Positions 1 to 11,225 of a DNA stretch of 39,239 nucleotides are shown here, piece after piece. Position 1 is the stretch's first letter. Each line of letters begins with the position of its first letter. Source of the DNA: Atractiella rhizophila (Eukaryota); NCBI GenBank assembly GCA_021432655.1, contig MU271206.1, positions 124,001 through 163,239 on the forward strand, given 5' to 3'. A program made the position numbers and the translations under genes. Below the pieces are notes generated by a model. The model saw only the letters and a list, made by a program, of their open reading frames with translations, was not told where the DNA came from and ran no database searches.

Positions 1-225
1 AACAGTTCGATGACCGATCGCACTTGACTTTCTTCAGACGACAATTGCTGCAGCTCACCTGGGCAAGGGTGAGATATAGATTGAAGACTATGGAAGAAAG
101 CTTACTGCTTTCCTATATCGTCGTTGCTTCCCGATTGCAGGGGTGGAGCTGGAAGAAGCTGACATTTGTTGCACCTGGGCGGAACTGCTGCTCATCGCAG
201 GAACTTCTTGACTCTGATTTGACAT
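1..225 (-). CDS. Zn(II)2Cys6 fungal transcription factor, 5' part (continues beyond window start)
   Basis: Exon 225-106 (MSNQSQEVPAMSSSSAQVQQMSASSSSTPAIGKQRRYRKA), a 47-nt GTAAGC..CAG intron at 105-59, then exon 58-1 VSCSNCRLKKVKCDRSSNC. This is the CxxCRxxKxKCD start of the GAL4-type zinc cluster. Not in the ORF track. An upstream exon cannot be excluded. Confidence 0.85.
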
Positions 226-1335
226 TTCTCGTTTTAGGTTGGGTCTGGTAGGGTGTTTGCTTCTGAACTTGAAGCTTTTGATACTAATGCAGGAGGATGA
301 GCGGCTGAATAGCAGCTAGCCATGGTGATGTTTTTATCGTCGTCTCTTCTCAAGGTCTCTTCCTCCTCCTTTCATCCAAACCCATGTAAGTAAGGAAGAA
401 CTCGCAATTCCAGTCTTGTTTTCTTTGTTTTCTTGCTGCGCAAAGCCCATCTCTTGTACATTTTTGTCCTCCGTAGGTCGTTGTTCGTCCCAGCAAGCTT
501 CGGAAGATTATGGCCGATCATTGAAGAGCTTCGCCTCCTTCGCCTGACATTGCTTGACCGTCCGCCTCAGCCAATTCAGGGACGGAAGACACTGTATCTG
601 AAGTTTCCACACGCCTCCAGAACTTGTTCGCCTTTGAACATGTCGGTTCGGTTTGTTGTCTTCCTGTGGTGACATTGTTTGGGAACTCGAGGCGGCCAGA
701 GCCAAGGCGGAAAAACAAAGGCATGAACCTGCCTATTACTACTCCAATCTGGTTGTAGTTTGCTGCGTTACCGTAGATGTTCACTGTAGTATCGCTTCCC
801 CCAAGGTTTTTCTTTCTTTCTTAGAGTTGCTGTTGCTGAGGGTTGTAACGTCTACTGTTTACGACTGTGTCATCAATAAAATGCTACCAACGTCCCGCTA
901 AACCTGCCATGCAGTCCGCAACTCCAGTTCCGACAACCTGATGCGGGAATCGATGCGGGAATGGGGGTTCTTGCAAGGATTCAGGTTGAGACATTTGTTG
1001 TGACGACTCTGGCGCTGGCAGCCCACGCGGGTTCTAGGAGTTACCTACCTAGGACTTCCTCGCAACTCGAACAAAGAGCAACTCACGGGTCATGTTGGCC
1101 TTTGCACAGGTAGCGACTAGCTACGGTTCTCATGATAAGGATCGGAGTGAGGGGAAGGGACGGAGCTTTCGTTCCTTCTTTCAATTCGAAACGAGCTAGA
1201 CGTTAAAATTGATGCATTGATGTGCTATTCCTAAGGTATCTATATCAAGAATGATGAAAAAAAACCCAAATGGATGGATAAGTTACGGGTATCTATTTAT
1301 GCAACGATTTCAAGACCATAAGAAGGCCCTTCCTC

Positions 1336-3846
1336 TCAGAACTCGGACTGCACCCGTCGCGAAGACTGATCACTGGGATCCTTGCTGGCCACTTTCGACC
1401 TCGCGCCGCCGCCTCCCAACAGAAAAGCCTCCTGTGGACCCACGTCCCTCCTTTGCCAACCACCTTTGTCATCGTCCACCATTCCCGTGTTCCAGAACCG
1501 TCCAAACTTGCCCACCAAATCGTCAGAAATCTGAAGGACTCCTTCCGATATTCGGGAAGAGTTAATGGATATTGTCTGCGATAAGTTCTGTATCGAAGTC
1601 TGGAACTGAGGTGATTGGAGATTGGCGAGAATGTTAGGGGCAGAGAATGGCAGATTTGTCGGTCTCGATTTCCAAGCTGCAGAGGGTGACGGAGAGCGCA
1701 AAGTGTGAGTTGAAGCAGGGGATGCGGCGGCGGGATTGCCGATCGTTATCCTATCGCTCGAATTCGTCGAACCGATCGAAGAAACGCTACTTTTCCTCTG
1801 TTTCTGTAACTTCCGAGGTCGTCGTCGAACAGCATCAGCTCCGTCTCCCTCTCTTCCATCTCCGCCTCCTATCCTCACCTGCGCTTTACACGCACATCTA
1901 TCACAAGCGCATCCGCATTGAGCTGGAGGGGGAGGAATGAACAATTGGACGAGGTCGGACTTGCTCCTCTTGCTCCTCGCCCGAAACCTAGCCGTCGGGG
2001 TGGATACAGAAGTTGAAGGGAGGACGGGACTCGTTGAGTCCAAGTTGAGGTAATAATTGTTGCATGCACAGTCGCAATCGCACCCACTGCCTTTCCGTCT
2101 CACCAGTTCAAACGAGTCCCCAGTCTCTCGTGGTTGGTCCAACGATGTTCGTGAAGATTCATCAGAGACGAGGAAGTACGGACTGGCCCGTCGACTACTG
2201 CTACCATTGTTCCAAGTGTGATACGACGATGCTGAGGACGAGGTAGACACGCGAGGTGATGCTGTGAGTCGTGGCGCTGATGGTGGAGGGAAGAATGAAA
2301 GTTCGGATGTGGGTACTGTAGATATTGTCACATGGCTGTTCTCCTCAGTTTCAGGGAGTTCGGACGCGGAGGATGAGGGAGTGGGAGGGTCTGCATCCGA
2401 TTCGGTCATTCCAGAACGCCGCCTTTCTAGTTCCGGCGGTTTGAGGAGGAGATTTGCCGCAACCTTTGATAGATGTACAGGAATATAGATGACTTCTTTC
2501 GTTTGCACGGAGTCTTGAACCTGTATACATTCCTCAATCTTTTGTCTCATGTTTGAGAGTTACGACTTACCCATAAACGGTTATATTTGCGAATAATAGA
2601 TGGCGCAATTCCATATTTGAGGGACAGTGATGCTAAGCTGTCTGCGGGTGTAACCTGGTCATGAGCACAAATGAGACATACTCCTCTAAAAGAAGTGGAA
2701 AATCGACGATGGGATACGGTTTGTTATAGTGTGGAGAGAGAGGGTGACGAAGGAAATGCACCCCGAGCTTGAAAAAAAATGGACAGCAATGCCTTGTTGC
2801 TTCTGTCTACAACATCTTAAAATCTTCCAATTCAGTCCAATGCTCTCTCAACTACTCGAAAGTCACCAGGCTGCTACTTTACTTCTAAAACATGCGAAAG
2901 CAGGTAGAGACTCGACCGGAAGAATAGGAGACAGTGCATACCACCACAACCAAGTGCCGAGATCGACTTTGACAGTAACACCCGCAACCATCGATAACGC
3001 GCGGCGCAAGTGACTCCAACTCATCCTAATCTACAGCTAGCGTTGTTCCACCATGCACTGCAACTTTACAGGATATGAACCCCTCAATCTGATGCGGGGC
3101 ATGGTACAGACAGTTCTTGTTATTCTGAATAGCAGCGCAAAAATACAATCCTTTAGTGCAGCTGCTAAGGGTTCCTGTCTTTCGCCATTTATTTAGAGCT
3201 TTCAATAAAGCCAAGGCGACTGAACATGCAATCTGGAAATGCTTGAGCTCTACAAATTATGTAGACCTGCCCCAACGGTTTGCGCTATCAAATGGTGGTA
3301 CCATTATTGAAATGTACAAGTGAGCACAACCTGGCATCATGAGGATGAGCATAATGGTAATCCTTACACGCTCTGCTTTTCTATAAAGAGCTATCAACCG
3401 TATCCTTTGCAATCAGTCTTTGAACGATTGACCATTAGCACAAGCTCCTTGTGCCACCGGAATCCATGCCGGATGACCTCTGCGTTCTCCCAGCGTACAA
3501 CCATAGCACACAACAGGATGCGTATTCCAACATCAAATGTTCAAAAGGCATTCTTCTTCCCCAATTGACGCAAACCACAGGAACGCACCTTGTGGACGAC
3601 CACCTTCTCTTTCCCCTTCCCATTCCCATTCAGGCTGTTCTTCCTCTCAATCAACCCCTCCATGAGTCCTCCCCCGAGAATATCTTCTCTCTCTCTCTCT
3701 TTCCCCTTCCATTTCCCCTTCATGTCCCCATCCTGACGTTCCTCAACATCCACGATTACAGTCCGTCTTCGTTGCGTCAACGAGGGGGACGGCAAGGGGG
3801 AAGGCGTGCGAGATCCAGAGCAGTCTGAAGCGTTTAGAGGGTCCAT
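1336..3846 (-). CDS. LysM (CBM50) domain protein with no signal peptide and a long Ser/Pro-rich C-terminus
   Basis: Exons 3846-3589 (MDPLNAS...KEKVVVHK), 2654-2571 (VTPADSLASLSLKYGIAPSIIRKYNRLW) and 2520-1336 (VQDSVQTKEVIYIPV...) are joined by phase-0 GT-AG introns of 934 and 50 nt. Splicing rebuilds a complete LysM motif, HxVxxxDSLxxLSLKYGIxxxxIRKxNRLWxxDSVxxxxVIYIP. Confidence 0.85.
2655..3588 (-). other. 934-nt structured first intron of the LysM gene (candidate intronic ncRNA or cis-regulatory structure)
   Basis: GTGCGT..GACCAG boundaries are fixed by LysM motif continuity. Helices: 2712-2721/3396-3405 (10 bp), 3299-3307/3351-3359 (9 bp), 3050-56/3099-3105, 3130-36/3161-67, 3438-44/3448-54, 3419-25/3539-45, 3108-13/3175-80, 2861-66/3010-15. 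Confidence 0.6.
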
Positions 3847-4104
3847 GATTCTCTCTCTTAGGGGCAGCTAAACGTCTGGCTAAACGTAACTAGAATGGAA
3901 CTGCGAGAACTGAAACAGTAAAGGTTGGGCAGGTTGAGTGTGAGACTAGCCAAAATCACCGGATAGTCATCATCTCCGGCAGGCCCTGCATCCATTCCAT
4001 TTCATTTCCCAATAAATAAATGCACACATTCTAGGTGATACTAGATGATAACGGCATCTGAATAGGCACGAGCTGAAAAGCTGTATGAGCTTCTGAATGG
4101 CGAT

Positions 4105-5224
4105 ATGGCAAGCCATCCTCTACGATTCAAGATCCTTCCACAGGCCAGAGCTCCAACAAATCCAGTCTGCTGCCTTTCAGTTTCTCTCAACGAAGTATCG
4201 TTGATACGGATAATAGATCCAGAGCGTGTAACTCCACATTCCCTCTCCTCTTATTCCGATTCGCTGACATTGTGCGCGGTAGGGAGAGCCTTTTGTTGCC
4301 GCTTCCCTCCTCTTCACCTCACAGGGCTTAACGCCTCTGGAAGGTCTCCACCGATTCTCACTTACGTTTCACGAAGATTATGAACGTGAATTGGGCGGTA
4401 TGGAGCCGTGGGAGGACATTTGGCTTGTCTTCCCAGCCGCAATTCGGCTCGCGAAGGCAATGAAGGTGTTTGAGAAGCTGAAGGGTTTTCTGGACTGGAA
4501 AAGTCGTGGTTGTTACTCCATATATGATGCCGAACAAGGCGGCATCGTTCATAACTGGAGGATAGGAGAGGAGGAGCTTGAGAAGGGGAAATATTCGCTT
4601 GATGCGTTACTCAAGTAGGCATCCGCTATTCTCCATCTTTTGGGAGCGATTTGGTGAGCCTGACTATTGCGTTCAAGGACAGATTTCAGTGAGATCGTTC
4701 TTCTGGAGGAAGAATCAACACTAAACACGCCGTTCTCGCACAGCGCGATCACCTTCCCTACAAGCCACAACAGGCTTCTTTCCACCATTTCTGCTTGGAG
4801 CATCCTGCTCCACTGCGAAGAACGCGACTACTTCCATGCAGAGCTTCTACCGGCGCCAACAGGCACATCGTCTCACAAGGACCCCCAAGATAATCAAGAG
4901 CTGATGTTCAATCATTCCATGGATCTATCGTACTTTTGGGACATTCACACCTCCTCCTCTTCAACCTTACTGCCGTGGTCCTCCACGACAACAGGTGGAC
5001 GAATATCGAAAACGGAGTTTGTGAAAGTCAAGAAAACTAAAGTGGAGCTCTTGAGGACGAGGATGTTGATTTGTCTTTGGGAGGGACGACGAGTGCTGCA
5101 ATTGGATACGGTGAGAGTTCAAGATGAAAGAGGGAAAGAAGACCAGGGATTGGAAAGTGAGGTGAGGGAGTTAAAGCAGAGGTTGGAGAGAATGGAAAGT
5201 CGTGCGTCCTGCAACATTTCATAA
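4105..5224 (+). CDS. hypothetical protein (about 320 aa, 3 exons, C-terminal coiled coil)
   Basis: Exons 4105-4194, 4283-~4614 and ~4678-5224 join in frame through GTATCG..TAG and GTAGGC..AAG introns with CTGAC branch sites. The protein ends LESEVRELKQRLERME. No family recognised. Confidence 0.6.
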
Positions 5225-5958
5225 ATTGAATTCTGTCTCGAATGGCTAGAGCTTTAAGCCTTTAGGTCGCAGGGCTTATACATTGCGAGCGGCTGCAATT
5301 TCATACGGAAGTAATGGCAATGAACAACTGGCTTGCACTGTTCACATCATAATAGTGGGTGGCTATGCAATGTGCTATCATATTTTCCAAGAAGCTTCAA
5401 TTACTTACATGAAGCCATCTCGCTTTGTCGTGTAAATATTAAATTATCGAGGGGTAGGGCAGGGTTAGAAGCTGAGTACTGGGATTTATTTGAAAGCGCC
5501 GGGAACACTTTCGAAATGCCGAATAAAGATGAAAAAGTCAACTCCATGCTGTGTGAAAGATATGAAAAGGAATAGACTCATTGGTTTCCTGCTAGACCTG
5601 TTGTTAATTGTTAAGCGCGTCGATACATTGTTGCGCACTTTGACTACGCTGCGCACAGACGTCGGCTAAACCTCAAACTTCCCCACTGTCTTGTCACGGA
5701 TGCTTTCTTTACCTGGATCATGTCCTTCCTTTGATGGAGCTCTCTCATCTAGCAAATCAGTCTGAGGTAAGGAGAAAGTGTTTCTCCCCTCCCTCACAAT
5801 GATGTGAGTATTTATTGTCGACTTTCCCATCACTGTCGCTCAGCGGGTTCACAGTTAGCTCCTCTTTAGCCTCGCTCACCTTTATTTTCCACTTAACTAA
5901 CAGACGATCAATCTTTAACGCTCTTAAATTAAAGTGAACAGCCCGAACAAAGATAAAA

Positions 5959-8585
5959 ATGGGCCTTGGGATACTTGAACCTAAATCAAATGCTCCTGTT
6001 CCCGGGTTAGTCCCCTCCTTGCTTTTATTTTTGGCATGCGTTCTCATAATGTGTTGATGCAGAACATCTTTGCTTGACGAGCTAAAGGGACGCACGGAAT
6101 CCCATGTCGATACTTCAAAGTTGAAGGTGGATGACCAAGGTCGCGTGCTTGTGCAAGTCTCCTTTTTCACTCTTCCTTTTGTCCGATCCGATCCTCATTA
6201 ACCCGAAAACACATTCAGGCCACAACCAAGCAATGATCCTCGAGACGTGAGTTCAGCTTCTTGGTTCAAGGGAGAATCTGAATTGTAATGACTTTGACAG
6301 CCTTTGAACTGGCCTCAATGGAAGAAAGAAGCTGCCTTTGCTAACATCTGTTTTGCTACTGGACTTATTGGGTGAGCTTTCTACGTTCTCTGTATTGAGT
6401 CGATTAATCACAGAGTTACCCTATAACAGAGCATGCGGACCGTTAATTGCCCCGGGATTCCTGCAAATTGCGAGAGAACTTGGTGTGACCGTGGACAAGA
6501 TTGCAAAGACCAATTCTGGATTGCTTCTTGCCCTAGGATGTGTCATGTTCTTCCAGTCTGCGATTGGTATCAAATGGGGAAGGCGGCCGGTCTAGTCAGC
6601 AATATCCTCACTTACACAGAACACTTTGAACTTATAACAAATTGTATTAGCCTTGGCGCTGCTATCCTCATGATTGCTGGTGACGCGTGGTCATATGCTG
6701 ATCCTTCCGTTGACGGCCTTATGGTGAGTATCTCTGTCGTCTCATAGCTCATCATTTTTACTTGAAGCGTAAAGGGTTCGAGGATCCTGCAAGGTCTAGC
6801 GATGGCACCTGTAGAAGCTTTGGCAACTGCTACTATCGCGGATCTATTCTTTGTTCATCAACGCGGTCAGTCCTTTTTAGTTCCGGTTCATATTCTGTAT
6901 CCTGACACGGCGGAAAGGCATGAGAGCGGCTCTCTGGGGTCTCTCCTTGCTCGGAGGAATCAACATTGCTCCTTTAATCAATGGATGTGCGTCCATCCTC
7001 CTTGATATCTGCTCACAGGTGGCCGACTCCCATCAATAGACGTAATCAGCGACCTCGGATGGCGGTATTGCTTCCTCATTATTCTGCCCTTCTACATTCT
7101 GTCATTCTTCGGCTTCCTCTTCTTCGGACCGGAAACTGCCTACAATCGTGCGAAAGCCCTCGAGATTGATCAAGGCCATTCCGCTAGCGAAGCAATCAAG
7201 TACGAAGAGAAGGAGAACCTGGAGAAGGAAACGGAGCAGATTGAGGAGTTAGATTCTAAAAATCCATCTGCCTCTGCCTTGGAGGCTTCTTCTGGGACTA
7301 TGCATGGACATCTGCCGCCCAAGACGTTTATCGAAGAATTAAAGCCTTGGTCGGGATACTCTAATGAGACTTCCCTTCTCGCTTGTTTCTTGCGACCTTT
7401 CCCGCTCTTCTTTTCCCCTGTGGTTCTGTGGGGATTTTTGACTTATGGTTCGCAGTCTTTTGAAGCGGTAATATTTTTCGCTAACGAAGTCCAGGAATTG
7501 CCTCTCTTCTGCTCGTGCTTCTGAGCGCCGTAACCTCAGTGGTGAGAGTCTCATTCTTCAGTCTGCGACGAAGTAGAGTCTAAACATTCTATGCAGGTGT
7601 TTGGTGGAGTGCGTATACTTTGAGTTGTTGCGTCTCGTTCACATCCTTCGCAGCCACCTCACTTCTTCACATCCAAACAAACTGGTCTCGTTTCCCTCAG
7701 CCCTCTCATCTTCTCCATTTTTGGTTCTCTCGTCGCTGGTTACATTAGCGATTTCTTGACAACCTTTCTGGCAAGACGGAACAAGGTAAGTCTTTCTTTA
7801 GGATTTGAGATATATTCCGGATACTTATGTTTGTTTCTCGCCTAGGGTGTACGCCTTTGATCTTTACGTTGGCTTTGACTAATGTAACACTGGAAAAGGT
7901 ATTCGAGCCTGAGATGCGCCTGTTCCTCATGGGTGCATACGTTGTCTGCAACGTATCTGGATATATTGGGCTCGCATATAGCTTCAAGAATGAAGCACAC
8001 TGGTTTGCGCCGACGTTTAGTTACGGACTCGTCAACCTAGGTCAAAAATTCTTGAGGTCAGTCACTTCTACTCAGGGAAAATGGACTAACAGGTTCTGCA
8101 GCACATCCGCTGTTGTCTATATCATTGATGTTCATCGTCACAACACGTCTGAAGCTCAGTAAGTCATCTTATCACTTGGAACCTCTGGCGTTGATCATGT
8201 TTGCAGAGCCGTTATTAACTTTTCCAAGAATCTAATTGCTTACTTCCTCGGTGCAAGAATCAATGGCTGGGTCGTTGCCATTGGTCCCTTTAAGATGTTC
8301 ATGGTAAGACGCATCAGTTTGAAGTCCATCGCCCGGCTGATGCCATCAACTTTGCAGATCTTCTTGGGTGTTACTGTGGGGGTCTTTTTGTAAGTTCTTC
8401 GTAGCAGTGACCACCACATACGCTTAATCATGTTATTTTGCAGGACAACCATCCCCATGTACCGCTACGGTAAAGTTAGCAGGCTTTGGTGGAAGGGAGT
8501 CACGGATCGTTATCCCAAGTTAGATTTTCTCCTTACTTACTCGTCCTCTCATTGACGCTTTGCCAGGTTCTTTGGGACGCAGTAA
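5959..8585 (+). CDS. Major facilitator superfamily transporter (Hol1/DHA1-like), many short introns
   Basis: The spliced product has MGLGILEP..VPGT, VLVPQPSNDPRDPLNWPQWKK, KWGRRPV, ATIADLFFVHQRG, PETAY, RRNKGVFEPEMRL and IPMYRYGK, with multiple TM helices. These motifs are typical of this fungal MFS clade. Confidence 0.9.
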
Positions 8586-8745
8586 ATGTGCTCGCATACA
8601 GGTCTCATGGCTTCGTGCTCTCCTTCTGCAAGGGTGTCACAGCATTGTACATTATCTCGGACAACACTGCATGGTACATCAGGTTTGATCGTTTGGACAG
8701 TTATACATCAGTGTGGAGTGGAGATATTCGCAGAAAAGAGATCAC

Positions 8746-9327
8746 CTAAGCCGCCTTCGCTTTCGAGCCATCCTCAGTTTCATCGCTCCCAGAGAATCCC
8801 GAATCGACATCTTCCTTAATACCCTTTTTGCCCTTGGTTTTCAGCTCCGTCACTCTCTTCGGCTTCCTTTGATTTGGCTTATCTCTGCTTGACTGTCGTT
8901 GTGCCTCGTATTCTTCAATCGGATCGTTCTCTGGATCAGGAGCACCGTGAGGAGGATCAAGCCATGGCAGTCGTATGCCTTTGGGCTCTGATATTCTGAT
9001 TTGTGACGGTGGCGGACAGAACGAGGGAAGAGGAGTTTGAGCTTGTGAATCCGATCCCCTCTCGACGTCTTGGGCAGTTCGACATTCAACATGTTTCATG
9101 CCTTCTCTGGTTTCTGCGGGTCTTCCCCCTGAAGACACAGTTCCCTCTCTTTGAGCTTCGAAATGGCCGCGCTCATTATTCACCCCGCCCATGTCGATCT
9201 CCTGCAGAGAAGATTGGTCATTCCCGAAATGCTCGGGTTTGAAAAAGTTGTAGCTTAGAGCATCAGTTCTCGACCGTTCTTGCTCGTTGACTCTTGAACT
9301 TGGACGGAGTTGTTGAGCGGTAAGCAT
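8746..9327 (-). CDS. hypothetical protein, 193 aa, hydrophilic
   Basis: Single ATG-started ORF with a plausible amino-acid composition, convergent with the MFS gene. No recognisable domain. Confidence 0.45.
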   Translation of the reverse strand: MLTAQQLRPSSRVNEQERSRTDALSYNFFKPEHFGNDQSSLQEIDMGGVNNERGHFEAQREGTVSSGGRPAETREGMKHVECRTAQDVERGSDSQAQTPLPSFCPPPSQIRISEPKGIRLPWLDPPHGAPDPENDPIEEYEAQRQSSRDKPNQRKPKRVTELKTKGKKGIKEDVDSGFSGSDETEDGSKAKAA

Positions 9328-9824
9328 GAGTTTCGACGTGTAAAGATCCCGTCCATGACGAGAATCAATTATCTGAGGAACTGTTGAGCGTGAGTTTGGG
9401 GCTAGAAATTGCTGTTTGTGCTGGGGAAGTGGAGGAAGAGGTTGACCTGTTGGCTGAATTCAACTTTAAGCCAAGGTGCCGCTCATTGAAAGGGATTGGA
9501 CAAACTGGGAGAACAGGGTGACGTTGAGCTGTTGAGAAAGGTGTGGTTTTATTCTGTCAAATTATTACAGTCTGTCTGGGGTTATGTTCATCAAGAGATC
9601 ACGCACATGATCAAACACGGCTGATTGGTGGGTGTCAACTTGAAATGTTGGCGACCTCTTCGTTGTCTGTTCATATATCTTGTCAACTGTAGTAGGGGTC
9701 GCTTAAGAAGGAATACATACAAAATCAAGTTGAGGGGCGGGAAAGAATGGCGGTGAAAAGTGGAAATCACGACACGGTGTGTTTTTGAAAATCCTAGTAG
9801 GAGGAAATCGTAGAAATATCATCA

Positions 9825-11225
9825 TCAACGAAACATTGGTGAGCTCACGATCGGCTTCATCGCCTGTCTTTTTTGCTCGCTCGGAAAGATCTGACCGTCC
9901 CCATTAGTCGAAAAGGGGATATACGCTGCTTCGTTCGCCGTCCCAAATAAACTCATATCTTCCTGGGACTCGTCGTCCATGAATCCGGGTAAAGGCACTT
10001 GTGAGCTTCCAATACCATTTACTGTCCCGCTGGGTTCAAACTTCTTTCTCTGAGGGATATGGAAAGGTGGCGTAAATCTCTGTGCCTTCTCGGGCAAATG
10101 AATGGGATCGAGTTTGAATAATTCTTGCCTGCATTCCAGCTGATTACCCATGTGTCTCGATTTCGTCGATCCCCCAGGCGTCACGACGGCTGGGAATGGC
10201 AGATTATTCGGTTGGAACATGGCCTTCTCCTCTTCCTCGCTGTCGGTTGGAAGGGATTGGAGAGTAGGGATGTGTAGGTTTAAGCCGGTATCGGATGGGC
10301 CTTGAACAGGCGAAGAGTACTCTCTTTGAGCTTGGAGGGTGTAGATGTCTAGTTGAGGTGGGGCGGTTGGTATAGGTTGTTGGTGCTGTGAGAATGCAGC
10401 CTGAGAAAATGGAACGGGAGGTATGTTTGTTGGCGGCTGAATATGGGACGGTGGAGGTCGAGTGAACGGTGCTGGAGTCGGAAGCTGTTGTTGTAATGGT
10501 GTTGGTGGTGAGTGGACAGGACGGCCTACGGTAAAAGTAGATGGAGGAGAAGCTAAGTTTGAGTCTGGCTGCCGGAATAGAGTATCCAGCTCACTAGCGC
10601 TCCATTGACGGAATAGCTGGAGCGGAGCGGGGTGGGAAAGTGGGATAGGAGCACGAAGGATTGGGGGCAGAGCAGGAGAAGGGGAGGAGGAAGATTGGGC
10701 TGCAAACGTTGTCCAGCCGAGACTTCGTTCCTGGGGGTGTCCCTTGAGTAATCTTTCGCTTTCGTGGATAAAGGAAATAGTAGGACGCACATCAGGACCC
10801 GCCTTCATAGTTTCCCTGCCCATCAATGCCGTTCTGGGTTCAGAGTATCCAACGCGACTGTTAACACCCCACAGCCTCCCCTTTGTCCGCTCCCTTTCCC
10901 TTTCCCTCTTTCTTTCGCTGCTCCTAACGACTGTCCTGACTCTAATCACGCGTCCATGTTCATCGACCAGCTGCTCCCTCTCCAACTCTGGCACCTCTCC
11001 GTCTTCTCCCTCATCAATATCAGAAGAAGGAAGAGTACGTCGGCGAGCCCGTTTTTTACGTGTGGAGGCTATGAGAGAAGAAATGTGACGACCGCTTGAA
11101 CCGGAGGAGGAGGAGGCAAAGGGATTGCCCATTTCCCGTTCTAGAGAGCGAATGTGGTTTTGAGTGCGGACCCGAACGCGTGTTGGTCGTGAGGAAGCGG
11201 ATGAGGATGCAGTGGAGGATACCAT
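9825..11225 (-). CDS. hypothetical intrinsically disordered protein, 466 aa (Ser/Arg/Pro/Gln-rich, basic NLS-like RKKRARRR)
   Basis: Uninterrupted 1.4-kb ORF. An AACAG acceptor just upstream of the ATG may indicate an extra 5' exon. No domain recognised. Confidence 0.6.
   Translation of the reverse strand: MVSSTASSSASSRPTRVRVRTQNHIRSLEREMGNPFASSSSGSSGRHISSLIASTRKKRARRRTLPSSDIDEGEDGEVPELEREQLVDEHGRVIRVRTVVRSSERKRERERERTKGRLWGVNSRVGYSEPRTALMGRETMKAGPDVRPTISFIHESERLLKGHPQERSLGWTTFAAQSSSSPSPALPPILRAPIPLSHPAPLQLFRQWSASELDTLFRQPDSNLASPPSTFTVGRPVHSPPTPLQQQLPTPAPFTRPPPSHIQPPTNIPPVPFSQAAFSQHQQPIPTAPPQLDIYTLQAQREYSSPVQGPSDTGLNLHIPTLQSLPTDSEEEEKAMFQPNNLPFPAVVTPGGSTKSRHMGNQLECRQELFKLDPIHLPEKAQRFTPPFHIPQRKKFEPSGTVNGIGSSQVPLPGFMDDESQEDMSLFGTANEAAYIPFSTNGDGQIFPSEQKRQAMKPIVSSPMFR

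Noticed and set aside
2705..2765. snR30/U17-like m1/m2 motifs (AUUUCCU ... AAACCGU in a GGGGU/AUCCC stem, minus strand)
   Set aside because: There is no upper stem between the motifs and no ACA box after the stem, and both motifs deviate from consensus.
2655..3588. Group I or group II intron identity (starts GTGCG; GTTCAAAGACTGA resembles the R element and could pair with TCAGTC)
   Set aside because: GTGCGT is a common spliceosomal donor here and the intron ends in CAG. No domain V, and no P/Q or S (AAGAUAUAGUC) elements were found.
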